Assembly (NCBI GenBank): GCA_964353175.1
Contig: CAYGUX010000010.1
Location: 7,995 to 71,994 of the forward strand
Direction of reading: 5' to 3'
DNA from: an uncultured Bdellovibrionales bacterium
Lineage (GTDB): Bacteria; Bdellovibrionota_C; UBA2361; SZUA-149; DAOLCO01
Length of the DNA: 64,000 nucleotides
The notes under the pieces are model-generated. The model saw only the letters and a list, made by a program, of their open reading frames with translations. It made no database searches and was not told where the DNA came from. Shown here in pieces: positions 35,148-46,048 of this stretch (positions within the stretch are counted from its first letter, which is position 1; each line of letters opens with the position of its first letter). Made by a program: the position numbers and the translations under genes.

Positions 35148-37799
35148 ATGGCCTTCCTTTTAAATCGTAGTAAGAGAGTCACTGGACATCAGAGAGGTAG
35201 TGCTAGTCTTTCACTACTATTTTCAACTATTGGAGGTGCGGTATTCTTATTCTCTTTCTATAATCTGACTGAATATACCGCTGCAAGATCAGGAGCTGAG
35301 CAAGCAGCTAGGAGGGCTGCTAGGTGCCTTTCTCCATCTGATCCAGAATGTAAGACATCTAGTGCAAATGGCATTTCTGGTTCTGTAATCGCTGATTGGT
35401 ATGGGTATAAAGCTAGTATTGGAGCAAGTAGTGCGATTGCCGATGTATATAGATATACTGGATCCGTTTCAGAAGAGCGATATTCAGCTGAATACTCCTC
35501 TTACGAGGTAAACACGGCAAGGCATCAGGTTGTTTGGGATGAAGTGGAGATAAGGCCTAGTAGATTTGTGGGTTTACTCAATAGTTATGCAAATCTTAAG
35601 GCTGATATCACAGTCTATGTTCAGCCAACCTTAGGAGGGGCAGAAAAAGAATGTAGAATTAATGGTGTAGTTGACTTACCCGCTGGGATTGAGTTTGATT
35701 CCAGTACCTACTTTGATCAACGTTGGTGTGAGGGTGTGGTAGTAGGTGGTCAGTTAGCACCTGGGTCGAAAATAGAGCAGGCAGCGGGTTGTGAGAATAT
35801 TACCGATGGTAGTTGGCGTCTATCAGCCGGAGCAAGCCGGGGCAATTCCTATTGTGCGCTTACTATCCCAAAGCCCAGAGTCGATGGAGATTCTCCTTGG
35901 TTATTACTCGGAGGAGAGGCGGTTTGTGATAATTCTGATAAGGCACCTTCAGAGGACATTGCCCAGAATTTTGAAGAATTAAATCAACAATATAACTCAA
36001 AAGGTTTCGGTAATCCTCAGCCTGGCGATAACAATCTCAGACCCTTTCCCATCACTCCTTCAAGGCAGTTTTTAGTCGTGGAGACATATAGTTGCAATCC
36101 ATCTGAAGTGCTAGAAAATTTATCTACAAATGTAAAATCCAGTGCATCATTGGTAGCAAACTTTGCTGGTTCAGAGATGCTTGATCTACCAAGGTTTAGA
36201 AACCTTCCTCCCCAACTAAGAGAAGACTTTCTTAGCAATAAGTTAGACTTACAAGATCAAAATAGCTTTATTTATGAAGGTCTCAAGGGGGTAAACTTAA
36301 TTGCGGAGCAAGATTGGACTTATTTCAAATGGTCTAGGGAGGCCGATGGGCTGAGGCGTTTAGATCGGGAGGTTTGTCTTTGGTTGCCATGGGAGGAGGC
36401 CGTTAAGAAGTGGCCTGAGCTAGCAGGTAAATATGATTCCAGGGTGTCTAAGAGGTATCGAGAGACTGCAGAAGGAAGGTTATACTATCAATCTGGTAAT
36501 TCCATCGAGCCAGAAGTTGATTCTAAAACCTTTGCTAAGGCACCTACTTGTCTAAATCCTATTCCAGTAGCAGTAGAGCCTTTTACTTGTGCTAATCGGG
36601 AGATATTAGGCCAAGCAGGTTCATTCAAGGACTGTCAAGGTTTCAATTCAAAAGTAGAGAACTTGGAAGCTACATATAATTCGAATCTAAGTCTGGTAAG
36701 TGATTCAATGAAGGTCTCGAAGCAACTAAATATTGAAGATTTCCTAGAAGGCTTTTCGTTGAAGGTAGAGCCGAGGTTTGGAGGTACGATAGTCGAGCCT
36801 AGATGGGAATTCTCATGGTCTTCTAATTCGTTTAGAGGTAAGGCAATTTTAGCTCCTTCTTCCTTGCGAGCTAGAAATGGAATAAACCCGAAACAGCTAC
36901 CAATGGACTTAGAGGTCTCTCAACTGAAGTTTAGAGATGCTCATATAAGGGATTCAACAAGACTTGAACTACTTAAAAATATTCAATCTAATGAGGGCAA
37001 TGTTGAGGGTGATGTGAATGGTGAACCAATAGAGCCAGTGAATATAATGAAGGTAGGTGAGAGTGTGCTTAATGTGGGTGGAGCATGGCCCTTCGTTGCA
37101 GATGAAGAAGGAAGGCCAGCACCTCAAGTAAGGCCTTATGTTGGGAGTAGGGGGACAGGGTCTGTTTATGACTATGATTTGGATTGTAAACCAGAAAAAG
37201 AATGTAGCGGCTCGCCTAACTTTAGTTCGATTGATGATGCGTTACGCTATTACGCTAATAACTCACCAAGCTTGGCTGGCAAGGGGGATATAGTCGATCC
37301 CAATATAGATATTGCGTTTACAGAGGAATATGCTGGGACCGTTACTATGTCGATTGATCAGGCGAGTGGGTTTCCAAGTTGTACGTCTTTTCTAACCACG
37401 TGTGGGAATGGGGCCGTGGGAGTGGGGGTCTCATTAGGGAAAGGTAGCGCAGCACCTATTGAATGTGCCACTGGCAAGTACGTAAATTGTTATCCAAGAT
37501 ATTTACAAGGCGAAGTAGGGCAACAGAATTATCAAACTAGCACTAATTATCAACTTGCAAAGGATAAGGCCGTGAGTGAGGTGCAAAAGCTATTGCCTCT
37601 TGCTGTAGAGTGCGTAGATGTAAATCAGCCTAATTGTGTTACTGTCAATATAGAAGAGGCGGATGGGGAGGTGTTGGTGGAAGTAGATTTTGTTGCTCCG
37701 CTTTCCTATCCATTTAATACTGTCCTAGGAACTGAGACTTTACTGGTAAGGGGTTCTTCAAGAGAATTATTAGAATCTGCTAGGTTTAGGCAAAAATAA
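35148..37799 (+). CDS. Very large TadE/TadG-like, cysteine-rich extracellular protein (883 aa)
   Basis: N-terminus GSASLSLLFSTIGGAVFLFSFYNLTEYTAARSGAEQAARRAAR (TadE-like), followed by ~830 aa containing more than 20 cysteines, mostly in close pairs. Confidence 0.6.
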   Translation: MAFLLNRSKRVTGHQRGSASLSLLFSTIGGAVFLFSFYNLTEYTAARSGAEQAARRAARCLSPSDPECKTSSANGISGSVIADWYGYKASIGASSAIADVYRYTGSVSEERYSAEYSSYEVNTARHQVVWDEVEIRPSRFVGLLNSYANLKADITVYVQPTLGGAEKECRINGVVDLPAGIEFDSSTYFDQRWCEGVVVGGQLAPGSKIEQAAGCENITDGSWRLSAGASRGNSYCALTIPKPRVDGDSPWLLLGGEAVCDNSDKAPSEDIAQNFEELNQQYNSKGFGNPQPGDNNLRPFPITPSRQFLVVETYSCNPSEVLENLSTNVKSSASLVANFAGSEMLDLPRFRNLPPQLREDFLSNKLDLQDQNSFIYEGLKGVNLIAEQDWTYFKWSREADGLRRLDREVCLWLPWEEAVKKWPELAGKYDSRVSKRYRETAEGRLYYQSGNSIEPEVDSKTFAKAPTCLNPIPVAVEPFTCANREILGQAGSFKDCQGFNSKVENLEATYNSNLSLVSDSMKVSKQLNIEDFLEGFSLKVEPRFGGTIVEPRWEFSWSSNSFRGKAILAPSSLRARNGINPKQLPMDLEVSQLKFRDAHIRDSTRLELLKNIQSNEGNVEGDVNGEPIEPVNIMKVGESVLNVGGAWPFVADEEGRPAPQVRPYVGSRGTGSVYDYDLDCKPEKECSGSPNFSSIDDALRYYANNSPSLAGKGDIVDPNIDIAFTEEYAGTVTMSIDQASGFPSCTSFLTTCGNGAVGVGVSLGKGSAAPIECATGKYVNCYPRYLQGEVGQQNYQTSTNYQLAKDKAVSEVQKLLPLAVECVDVNQPNCVTVNIEEADGEVLVEVDFVAPLSYPFNTVLGTETLLVRGSSRELLESARFRQK

Positions 37800-37867
37800 C
37801 TCTTTCCTATTTTAACTAAAGACTCTATTCTTCTGCCAATTAATTATTGGTGAAATAGGGCTTTCTT

Positions 37868-39211
37868 ATGGTTATCATTGGCAGAACTTATAGTATCTTT
37901 TTTTCCTTATTTATAACTTTCATTTGTCCATCCGTAGCGTTCGCTGAGTCTGCAGAAGGCATTAAATCAGGCGACGTAGCTTGGATGTTGTCAGCTACTG
38001 CATTGGTTTTGTTAATGACACCTGGGCTTTCATTTTTCTATGGAGGAATGGTTCATAAGAAAAATGTTATTTCTACCATGCTACAGAGTTTTATTTGTAT
38101 GGGCTTGATCAGTATCCTATGGGTTGTTTTTGGTTTTAGTTTAGCTTTCGGAGATAGTCTCGGAGGTTTTATTGGAGATCCGAGAACCTATTTTATGCTT
38201 AAGGGTGTAGGCGGATTAGCTGATCCAAGATTTTCTGCAACCATACCCTTGGCGTTATATGCCCTGTTTCAGCTGAAATTTGCGATAATTACTCCTGCAC
38301 TTGTATCAGGCTCTTTTGCAGAACGAGTAAAGTTTTCAGCCTATCTTCTTTTCTGTGCCTTATTTAGTATTCTTGTGTATTCACCAATTGCGCATTGGAC
38401 ATGGCATCCCGAGGGATTTTTAAGATTGTGGGGCGTATTAGATTTTGCGGGCGGTACGGTCGTTCACATGTCCGCAGGAATGGCCGCTTTAGCGGGTGCG
38501 ATGTATCTTGGGAGAAGAAAAGTTCACATAGAAAGAAAGGAACATATCCCAGCAAATGTTCCCTTTGTTTTGTTGGGAACTGGGATGCTTTGGTTTGGTT
38601 GGTTTGGATTTAATGCAGGTTCCGCTTTGGGAGCCAATGAGGCTGCTGTGATGGCCTTTTTAACTACTAATACAGCTTCTGCCGCGGCCATGTTGACTTG
38701 GCTATTGGTGGATAAAATTCGGGGTAAGAAGCCTTCTGGCTTAGGAGCTTGCATTGGTGCGGTCGTGGGCTTAGTTGCGATTACTCCGGCGGCTGGTTTT
38801 GTTAGTGTCGGGTCTAGTATGTGGATAGGAGCGATTGCGGCGCTTGTTTCAAACTTTGCAGTAAGTTTTCGTGATAAAACTACTATTGATGATACCTTAG
38901 ATGTATTTCCTTGTCATGGATTAGGAGGAATATCGGGAATGATTCTAACAGGAGTTTTTGCTGAGAATGTGGGCTTAATTGCTGGGGAAACTACGGTTTT
39001 TTACTATCATTTGCTGGCGGTCTTGATAGTTTCTACATATAGTTTTATTGTATCAATATTGATTTATAAATTAGTCAGTTTAGTTACAGTCCTTAGAGTT
39101 AGTGAAGAAGATGAGGATATTGGTCTTGATTTATCTCAGCATGGGGAGTCAATAAGCACGAAAAAGGAAGATAGAAACCCGAAAATGGCCTATCGGAGCT
39201 TAAATTTATAA
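37868..39211 (+). CDS. amt: Ammonium transporter (Amt family)
   Basis: Signal-like N-terminus and 11 TM helices, with Amt motifs GDVAWMLSATALVLLMTPGLSFFYGG and DFAGGTVVHMSAG. Confidence 0.9.
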   Translation: MVIIGRTYSIFFSLFITFICPSVAFAESAEGIKSGDVAWMLSATALVLLMTPGLSFFYGGMVHKKNVISTMLQSFICMGLISILWVVFGFSLAFGDSLGGFIGDPRTYFMLKGVGGLADPRFSATIPLALYALFQLKFAIITPALVSGSFAERVKFSAYLLFCALFSILVYSPIAHWTWHPEGFLRLWGVLDFAGGTVVHMSAGMAALAGAMYLGRRKVHIERKEHIPANVPFVLLGTGMLWFGWFGFNAGSALGANEAAVMAFLTTNTASAAAMLTWLLVDKIRGKKPSGLGACIGAVVGLVAITPAAGFVSVGSSMWIGAIAALVSNFAVSFRDKTTIDDTLDVFPCHGLGGISGMILTGVFAENVGLIAGETTVFYYHLLAVLIVSTYSFIVSILIYKLVSLVTVLRVSEEDEDIGLDLSQHGESISTKKEDRNPKMAYRSLNL

Positions 39212-39280
39212 AAAAAAGATGTAAACCCCCTAGATTTAATTATTTTATACTGATATATACGCGCCCGACCTTGGGTATTC

Positions 39281-39309
39281 TTGCAATACAAGGCATCTGT
39301 ATTTAATAT
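39281..39309 (+). promoter_or_regulatory. Candidate sigma70-type promoter of the S10 operon
   Basis: TTGCAA (39281-39286), a 17-nt spacer, then TAATAT (39304-39309), about 110 nt upstream of rpsJ. This is a sequence match only. Confidence 0.35.
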
Positions 39310-39419
39310 AATACTAAAAGATTTCAAAGGGTTACTAGGCTAAATAGGCCTTTTATTATTTAATTGATTTAACGTTTAGCTGTATATATTGCAGCTAATG
39401 GGTGATTTAGGAGACAGCT

Positions 39420-39728
39420 ATGATAGGTAGTCAGAGAATTAGAATCAGACTTTGTGGTTATGATCATAAGGTATTGGATTCAGCAGTTCTTGAAATAGTT
39501 CAAGTTGTTAGGCGTACAGGCGGTAAGGTTGCTGGCCCTATTCCTTTGCCTACAAGAATTGAGAAGTTCACAGTGAACAGATCACCTCACGTGGATAAGA
39601 AGTCTAGAGATCAGTTTGAAATAAGATCTCACAAGAGACTTATAGATATATTGGAACCAACTCAACAGACAATTGATGATCTAGGTAAGCTAGAGTTGTC
39701 AGCTGGTATTGAAGTTGAAATTAAATAA
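39420..39728 (+). CDS. rpsJ: 30S ribosomal protein S10
   Basis: [14 protein letters not shown]...GPIPLPT...[18 protein letters not shown]; first gene of the S10 operon. Confidence 0.97.
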   Translation: MIGSQRIRIRLCGYDHKVLDSAVLEIVQVVRRTGGKVAGPIPLPTRIEKFTVNRSPHVDKKSRDQFEIRSHKRLIDILEPTQQTIDDLGKLELSAGIEVEIK

Positions 39729-39742
39729 AGTTCGGAGCATTT

Positions 39743-40393
39743 ATGAAGTCTAAGAAGGCAATGTACGGTAGGAAAGTTGGAATGACGCAGATCTTCACTG
39801 AAAAGGGAGAATGTGTTCCGGTTACAGCTATTGAATTAGTTCCTAATGTAGTTTATCAAGTTAAGTCACAAGAGAAGGAAGGCTATAAGTCTATCCAAGT
39901 TGGTTTCGGAACTCAAAAGGTACAGAGACTTACAAAAGCTAAACTTGGACACGTAAGTAAAGCTGAAAAAGGTATTCCAAGATTCTTGAAAGAAATCAGA
40001 CTTGATAAATATTTTTCTGATAGAGAGTTTAACATCGGTGATGAAATATCATTAGACGGACTTTTCACTAAAGGCCAAAAGATCGATGTTGTTGGTGTCT
40101 CTTTAGGTAAGGGTTACCAAGGTGTAGTTAAGCGTCACGGTATGAAGGGTGCGCAAACTATGACACACGGTACTCACGAAAGATTTAGACACGTAGGGTC
40201 TATTGGTAATAGAAAGTTTCCTGGTCGAGTATTCAAGAATAAAAGAATGCCTGGTCACATGGGTAACACTCAAGTGATGGTTCAAGGCTTAGAAGTGATT
40301 GACGTACTTGTTGATAAGAATATGCTTCTTGTTAGAGGTGGTATTCCAGGAGTCAAAGATGCAACTCTATTTATAAGAGACGCGAATAAGTAA
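39743..40393 (+). CDS. rplC: 50S ribosomal protein L3
   Basis: GRKVGMTQIF ... GKGYQGVVKRHG. The start may be the internal ATG seven codons in. Confidence 0.95.
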   Translation: MKSKKAMYGRKVGMTQIFTEKGECVPVTAIELVPNVVYQVKSQEKEGYKSIQVGFGTQKVQRLTKAKLGHVSKAEKGIPRFLKEIRLDKYFSDREFNIGDEISLDGLFTKGQKIDVVGVSLGKGYQGVVKRHGMKGAQTMTHGTHERFRHVGSIGNRKFPGRVFKNKRMPGHMGNTQVMVQGLEVIDVLVDKNMLLVRGGIPGVKDATLFIRDANK

Positions 40394-40435
40394 ATTAGGA
40401 TTTCCAGACCGGAATAGAGATATTGGATTAATTTT

Positions 40436-41074
40436 ATGGCAGATACATTAGAAATTAAATTGTTTGATAACACTGGCAAAGAAGTAGGTGTTAAGGCAGT
40501 TAGTTCAGATATTTTTGGAACACGAGTAAGGACAGGACTTATTCATGAAGTTATCCGTTGGCAACGTGCTAAATGGAGGGCTGGTACACATTCAGTTCAG
40601 ACTAGAGCTGAAGCGAGAGGTGGTGGGAGAAAGCCAACAAGTCAAAAAGGTATGGGTAAAGCAAGAACAGGATCTAACACTTCCCCAGTATGGGTAGGTG
40701 GTGGTGTTGCTCACGGACCAAAAGTTAGAAGCTATGAATTTTCTTTAAATAAAAAGTTTAAAGCCAAAGTTCTTTGTGGAGTTCTTTCTGAAAGATTAAA
40801 AGAAGGTAAATGTATTGCTGTTACTTCTTTCGGAATCGATGCAATTAAAACAAAGGATGCAGTAAGCGTACTTAAGAATCTTGGCTTAAATGGCAAGAAG
40901 TCAGTAGTTATTACTGGATCTAATGACTCAGTTTTAGATAAGAGTATTCGTAACATTGATAGGATCATACCTTTGAATGCAATCGGTTTAAATACTTATG
41001 ATGTGGTTAATTCTGAATACATCTTGTTCACGGAACAAGGGTTATCTGAATTTGAATCAAGAATGGCTAATTAA
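40436..41074 (+). CDS. rplD: 50S ribosomal protein L4
   Basis: RAGTHSVQTRAEARGGGRKPTSQKGMGKARTGS; operon position. Confidence 0.95.
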   Translation: MADTLEIKLFDNTGKEVGVKAVSSDIFGTRVRTGLIHEVIRWQRAKWRAGTHSVQTRAEARGGGRKPTSQKGMGKARTGSNTSPVWVGGGVAHGPKVRSYEFSLNKKFKAKVLCGVLSERLKEGKCIAVTSFGIDAIKTKDAVSVLKNLGLNGKKSVVITGSNDSVLDKSIRNIDRIIPLNAIGLNTYDVVNSEYILFTEQGLSEFESRMAN

Positions 41075-41085
41075 GGGATCAAGTT

Positions 41086-41394
41086 ATGGGAAGCATAGTA
41101 GATAGCGCAAATAAGATTTTAAAAGCACCAATCCTTACTGAGAAAGCAACAGGCGTTGGTACTCTAGGTAAAGGCTTTGTCTTAGAAGTTAGTCCAAAGG
41201 CTAATAAATTTGAGATTAAAAAAGCTGTTGAAGAAGTTTTTGGTGTTACAGTTGATAAAGTAAGAACAATGAACTGCACTAAGAGACTAAAGAGAAAATC
41301 AAAGAGTCAATTGATGAACTCTAAAGGTCGTTGGAAAAAGGCATATATATCTTTGAAAGAAGGTAATGCATTAGACATTATTGAAGGCTTATAA
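41086..41394 (+). CDS. rplW: 50S ribosomal protein L23
   Basis: ILKAPILTEKAT...FEIKKAVEEVFGVTVDKVRTMN. Confidence 0.95.
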   Translation: MGSIVDSANKILKAPILTEKATGVGTLGKGFVLEVSPKANKFEIKKAVEEVFGVTVDKVRTMNCTKRLKRKSKSQLMNSKGRWKKAYISLKEGNALDIIEGL

Positions 41395-41422
41395 GGTATC
41401 TGGAAAGGATTGAGGATTAGAC

Positions 41423-42250
41423 ATGGGACTTAAAACATTTAGACCAATTACACCTTCTCAAAGGCAAAAGGTTTCTCTAGATTTTAGTGAAATAACTAAA
41501 TCAACACCTGAGAAATCTCTTTTAGCTAAGAGAAACAGAATTGATGGTAGAAACTCAAACGGTAGAATCACTGTTAGAAGAAGAGGTGGTGGACATAAGA
41601 GAAAATACCGTATTATCGATTTTAAAAGAGACAAGGTGGCAATTCCAGCAAAAGTTGTTGGCATCGAGTATGATCCAAATAGATCTGCTAGAATTGCTTT
41701 GTTGCAGTATGCTGATGGTGAGAAGAGATATATCATCGCACCGGAGGGATTAGTAACTGGACAAAATGTTGTTTCAGGCCCACAAGCTGATATCAAGGTA
41801 GGAAATGCCTTACCATTAGCTGATATTCCAGTTGGTGAAGTTGTACATAACATTGAGTTACGTCCAGGTGGTGGAGCGAAGCTTTGCAGAAGTGCTGGCG
41901 GTAAAGCTCAAGTGATGGCTAAAGATAGTAAGTATGCTCAGTTAAGATTAACTTCTGGCGAGCAAAGAATGATATTAGTTACATGTATGGCAACTATCGG
42001 ATTAGTTGGTAACTCAGATCACTCAAATACAAATTCTGGTAAAGCAGGAAGAAGTCGTTGGTTAGGTCTAAGACCTAAAGTTAGAGGAGTCGCAATGAAC
42101 CCAATCGATCACCCACATGGTGGTGGTGAAGGTAAAACTTCTGGAGGAAGACATCCAGTCAGTCCATGGGGTACACCTGCTAAAGGTAAGAAAACTAGAA
42201 AGAATAAGAGAACTGATAAGTTCATTATTCGTGGAAGGAAAAAGAAATAA
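41423..42250 (+). CDS. rplB: 50S ribosomal protein L2
   Basis: [19 protein letters not shown] ... [13 protein letters not shown]. Confidence 0.97.
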   Translation: MGLKTFRPITPSQRQKVSLDFSEITKSTPEKSLLAKRNRIDGRNSNGRITVRRRGGGHKRKYRIIDFKRDKVAIPAKVVGIEYDPNRSARIALLQYADGEKRYIIAPEGLVTGQNVVSGPQADIKVGNALPLADIPVGEVVHNIELRPGGGAKLCRSAGGKAQVMAKDSKYAQLRLTSGEQRMILVTCMATIGLVGNSDHSNTNSGKAGRSRWLGLRPKVRGVAMNPIDHPHGGGEGKTSGGRHPVSPWGTPAKGKKTRKNKRTDKFIIRGRKKK

Positions 42251-42261
42251 GAGGTTAATTT

Positions 42262-42525
42262 ATGGCACGATCAATTAGAAAAGGTCCTTTTATAGATCTT
42301 AGTTTACTAAAATGGGTAAAGCGCGCTAAAGAAGGTGCACATAAAGGCCCAATTAAGACTTGGTCAAGAAGATCAACTATTTCTCCCGATATGGTAGGAC
42401 TTACGTTCGCCGTTCATAACGGGAAAAAGTTTTTACCAGTATTTGTAAGTGAAAATATGGTTGGTCATAAGTTGGGTGAGTTTTCGGCGACAAGAACTTT
42501 CTCTAAGCATTCTGGGGAAAAATAG
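42262..42525 (+). CDS. rpsS: 30S ribosomal protein S19
   Basis: [12 protein letters not shown] ... [23 protein letters not shown]. Confidence 0.97.
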   Translation: MARSIRKGPFIDLSLLKWVKRAKEGAHKGPIKTWSRRSTISPDMVGLTFAVHNGKKFLPVFVSENMVGHKLGEFSATRTFSKHSGEK

Positions 42526-42553
42526 GAATTTTTATTTTATAGTTGGATAGATT

Positions 42554-42910
42554 ATGGGTCACGTAGAAGAAGCGTTCATTTCAAAAGCGGTACTAACAAA
42601 CTTCAGAGTTTCACCTCAGAAGGCGAGATTAGTAGTTGATTTAGTAAGAGGTAAAAAAGTTGACTTTGCATTGTCAGTTCTTGCTACTTCTACCAAAAAG
42701 TCAGCACCAGTGCTTGGAAAATTAATATTGTCCGCTGTAGCTAACGCTAAAAACGAACATTCAGATCTTGATATAGATGATCTTTTTGTTAAGAGAATTT
42801 GGGTATGTGAGGGGAGGAAATTGATGCGGTCTATGCCTAGGGCAAGAGGGTCAGCATCTCCAATTAGAAAAAGATCAAGCACTATAACAGTGCTTTTGGA
42901 TGAGAAATAA
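42554..42910 (+). CDS. rplV: 50S ribosomal protein L22
   Basis: RVSPQKARLVVDLVRGKKV; operon position. Confidence 0.95.
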   Translation: MGHVEEAFISKAVLTNFRVSPQKARLVVDLVRGKKVDFALSVLATSTKKSAPVLGKLILSAVANAKNEHSDLDIDDLFVKRIWVCEGRKLMRSMPRARGSASPIRKRSSTITVLLDEK

Positions 42911-42951
42911 TTAAAAGTCTAAGAATATAATAAGGTAATTTAAGGTACTCT

Positions 42952-43605
42952 ATGGGTCAGAAAGTTCATCCGTTTGGATTTAGGTTGGGAGTCACAGAAA
43001 CTTGGTTATCCAAGTGGTACAGAGGCAAAGGCTATGCAGAGCAGCTTCAACAAGACTTCTTTCTTAGAGAATATGTAGCTAAGAAATTAAAAGGTGCTGG
43101 AGTCTCAACTATCGTAATTGAGAGAGCTGCTAATAGAGTTAAGATTAATGTTAGAACTGCTAGACCAGGATTGGTTATTGGTAGAGATGGCAAAAACATC
43201 GAAGACCTAAGATTAGAGTTAAAGAAGATTGTTGGTCGTGATGTAACATTAAACCCAATCGAGATCAGAAAGCCTGATTTAGATGCTCAGCTTGTCGCTG
43301 AGAATGTTGCTAATCAGTTGATTCGAAGAGTCGCTTTTAGAAGAGCAATGAAAGATTCAATTCAAAGATCTATGAGAATGGGCGCTGAAGGAATCAAGAT
43401 TGCTGTATCTGGTCGACTAGGTGGGACAGATATCGCGAGAACTGAGTGGTCAAGAGAAGGTAGAGTTCCTCTACATACTCTTAGAGCTAAAATTCAGTAC
43501 GGATTTTCAGAAGCACTAACTACCTATGGTATCATTGGTGTTAAATGCTGGATATTCTTAGGTGAGTTAGAAGATATTGATTCACCGCAAGGTCCAACAG
43601 TTTAA
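42952..43605 (+). CDS. rpsC: 30S ribosomal protein S3
   Basis: [14 protein letters not shown] ... [13 protein letters not shown]. Confidence 0.97.
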   Translation: MGQKVHPFGFRLGVTETWLSKWYRGKGYAEQLQQDFFLREYVAKKLKGAGVSTIVIERAANRVKINVRTARPGLVIGRDGKNIEDLRLELKKIVGRDVTLNPIEIRKPDLDAQLVAENVANQLIRRVAFRRAMKDSIQRSMRMGAEGIKIAVSGRLGGTDIARTEWSREGRVPLHTLRAKIQYGFSEALTTYGIIGVKCWIFLGELEDIDSPQGPTV

Positions 43606-43677
43606 AGCTGTTAATTATTAGATTAGGTATCGCGAAAGCGATTATATTATTGTTGATTTAAGTAGAGAGTAAGAATT

Positions 43678-44106
43678 ATGCTTTCCCCAAAAAGAGTAAA
43701 ACACCGAAAGCAGATGAAACAGTCTTCGCGTCTTTATGGCACTGAGACTAGAGGTACTACTGTCGCATTTGGTGATTTCGGATTGATGTCTTTAGAAGGT
43801 CGTTGGATAACGAATAGACAGATTGAAGCTGCCCGTATTGCGATGAATAGAAGGCTTAAAAGAGGTGGAAGAATCTGGATTAGAATTTTCCCAGATAAGC
43901 CGCTTACTAAAAAACCTGCCGAAGTGAGAATGGGTAAAGGTAAAGGCTCTCCTGAGTATTGGGTTGCTGAGGTACGTGCTGGAAGAATTATGTATGAAAT
44001 TAAGGGTGTTGATGAAGCAACAGCGAGAGAAGCGCTATTATTAGCGAGTGCTAAGTTGCCAGTTAAGACTAAGTTTGTAGTTAGGCATGCTAATACAATT
44101 TTGTAG
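43678..44106 (+). CDS. rplP: 50S ribosomal protein L16
   Basis: [12 protein letters not shown] ... [14 protein letters not shown]. Confidence 0.97.
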   Translation: MLSPKRVKHRKQMKQSSRLYGTETRGTTVAFGDFGLMSLEGRWITNRQIEAARIAMNRRLKRGGRIWIRIFPDKPLTKKPAEVRMGKGKGSPEYWVAEVRAGRIMYEIKGVDEATAREALLLASAKLPVKTKFVVRHANTIL

Positions 44107-44135
44107 AACGCAGTTTGTTTTGTTAAGAGGAATTT

Positions 44136-44339
44136 ATGAAGTCTAAAGAGTATATTAAGCAAATCAGAGAGTTGGATAAAGTCGGTGCTTTAGAAGCACT
44201 TAAGGCAGCAGAAAAAGAACTTCTAAATTTAAATTTTAGAAAGGCAGTTTCAGGCATTCCAAAAAGTTCTGAACTTAAAGCTACAAGAAACAAAATAGCT
44301 AGAATACAAACAATACTTAATGAAAAAAGAGCACAGTAG
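44136..44339 (+). CDS. rpmC: 50S ribosomal protein L29
   Basis: Size, position and the pattern ELLNLNFRKA...IARIQTILNEK. Confidence 0.9.
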   Translation: MKSKEYIKQIRELDKVGALEALKAAEKELLNLNFRKAVSGIPKSSELKATRNKIARIQTILNEKRAQ

Positions 44340-44367
44340 TCAGAACGACAGCTTTTAGGAATATATT

Positions 44368-44646
44368 ATGAAGAAAGACGAACAAGAAATATCAGTTAGA
44401 GGGATCAAGAAGGTCCAGGAAGGTGTTGTAGTAAGTAATAAGGGTGCTAAGACAATTGTTGTAGCCGTTCAGACTTATAAAAAACATGCTCAGTACGGTA
44501 AGTATGTTCAAAAGACCAAGAAATACATGGCTCATGATGAAAATAATGAGTGTGGAGTTGGCGATAAGGTGATGATTAAGGAAAGTAGGCCACTTAGTAA
44601 AATGAAGAACTGGAGACTTACCAAAGTCGTACAGAAGGCCGCTTAA
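44368..44646 (+). CDS. rpsQ: 30S ribosomal protein S17
   Basis: GVVVSNKGAKTIVVAV...KKYMAHDENNECGVGDKVMIKESRPLSK. Confidence 0.95.
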   Translation: MKKDEQEISVRGIKKVQEGVVVSNKGAKTIVVAVQTYKKHAQYGKYVQKTKKYMAHDENNECGVGDKVMIKESRPLSKMKNWRLTKVVQKAA

Positions 44647-44690
44647 ATTTTTGAGTAAAGATATATTTTAGAGTAATCCCAAGGGGTGTT

Positions 44691-45059
44691 ATGATTCAGC
44701 AAGAAACGGTACTCGATGTAGCAGATAATTCTGGTGCTAAACGAGTTAAATGTATTAAAGTGTTAGGTGGTTCAAAGAGAAGATTTGCCAGCGTTGGTGA
44801 TGTCATTGTCGTAGCAATTAAAGTTGCTATGCCAAACTCTAAGGTCAAGAAGGGCGATGTTCATAAGGCAGTAGTTGTAAGAACTACTAAAGAAGTTGCT
44901 CGTGCTGATGGATCTTTTATTAAATTTGATGTAAATTCAGCGGTATTAATTAATGCTCAGAAAGAGCCTATCGGGAACCGTATATTCGGGCCAGTTGCTA
45001 GGGAACTTCGGGGTAAAGATTTTATGAAAATCATTTCATTAGCTCCGGAGGTGCTATAA
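44691..45059 (+). CDS. rplN: 50S ribosomal protein L14
   Basis: [27 protein letters not shown]. Confidence 0.97.
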   Translation: MIQQETVLDVADNSGAKRVKCIKVLGGSKRRFASVGDVIVVAIKVAMPNSKVKKGDVHKAVVVRTTKEVARADGSFIKFDVNSAVLINAQKEPIGNRIFGPVARELRGKDFMKIISLAPEVL

Positions 45060-45062
45060 ATT

Positions 45063-45458
45063 ATGAAAAGAACAGTTGTTTCCAAAGATATTTCTAAGAC
45101 GCCATTCAAGTTTCAAACCTTATTAAAGGTCGGAGATCCAGTTATGGTGATGTCTGGTGGTAATAAAGTAAAAGGCAAAGCTCTTAAAGGCCAAGTGTCT
45201 GAGCTGAAGTCTATTAGACCTAAGACAAGTAGAGTTATTGTTGATGGCTTAAACTTGGTTAAAAGACACAAAAGAGCCGCTAATACTCAAGAGACAAGTA
45301 GCATAGTAACAAAAGAAGGTTCTTTGCACATCTCAAACATTATGTACTACAGCAGTGCACATAAGAGACCTTTCAGGCTTAAAGCTCAAGTACAGACAGA
45401 TGGTACAAAAGTTAGAGGCTTTATTAACCCAGAGACAAAAGCTTTCGAGGCTATTTAG
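45063..45458 (+). CDS. rplX: 50S ribosomal protein L24 (with N-terminal extension)
   Basis: [18 protein letters not shown] ... [12 protein letters not shown]; operon position. Confidence 0.9.
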   Translation: MKRTVVSKDISKTPFKFQTLLKVGDPVMVMSGGNKVKGKALKGQVSELKSIRPKTSRVIVDGLNLVKRHKRAANTQETSSIVTKEGSLHISNIMYYSSAHKRPFRLKAQVQTDGTKVRGFINPETKAFEAI

Positions 45459-45493
45459 TATCTAAATTAAGAAGACATAGGGAGTAAGCCAAA

Positions 45494-46048
45494 ATGGCTA
45501 GATTAGAGGAAATATACAAGACTGAGATTACTGCAAAGCTTAAAGAGAAGTTTAGCTATAGCAATGCAATGCAGATCCCTAAGCTTGAGAAGATTGTTCT
45601 CAACATGGGAATCGGTGAAGCAGTACAGAATCCTAAGTTAATCGATACAGCAGTAGCAGATCTTACCGCTATTACAGGTCAGAAGCCAGTAATAAGAAGA
45701 GCTAAAAAAGCGATTGCAAATTTCAAATTAAGAGAAGGCCTTCCTATCGGTGTAAGCGTTACATTGAGAAAGAAAAAAATGTACGAGTTTCTTGATAGAC
45801 TTGTAACAGTGGCTTTGCCTAGAGTAAGAGATTTTAGAGGAATACCTGCTACTAGTTTCGACGGTAGAGGAAATTACTCTTTTGGACTTAATGAGCAAAT
45901 CATTTTTCCAGAGATAGACATTGAAAAGACTGTTCTACGTGGATTTAGTGTTGTCTGTGTAACTACAGCGAAGACCAATGAAGAGGGTAAAGCTCTACTT
46001 GAAGAGTTTGGAATGCCATTTAGAAAAAAGACTAAGGAAAATGCGTAG
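45494..46048 (+). CDS. rplE: 50S ribosomal protein L5
   Basis: [15 protein letters not shown] ... [21 protein letters not shown] ... DFRG. Confidence 0.97.
   Translation: MARLEEIYKTEITAKLKEKFSYSNAMQIPKLEKIVLNMGIGEAVQNPKLIDTAVADLTAITGQKPVIRRAKKAIANFKLREGLPIGVSVTLRKKKMYEFLDRLVTVALPRVRDFRGIPATSFDGRGNYSFGLNEQIIFPEIDIEKTVLRGFSVVCVTTAKTNEEGKALLEEFGMPFRKKTKENA

Noticed and set aside
37836-37850. CCAATTAATTATTGG upstream of amt as a possible nitrogen-regulator operator.
   Set aside because: It is only a 5-bp inverted repeat with a 5-nt spacer in AT-rich DNA. It matches no consensus I can name, and it is too weak to report.
38364-38754. Three short ORFs inside the amt gene.
   Set aside because: They overlap the well-supported Amt frame and have no motifs.
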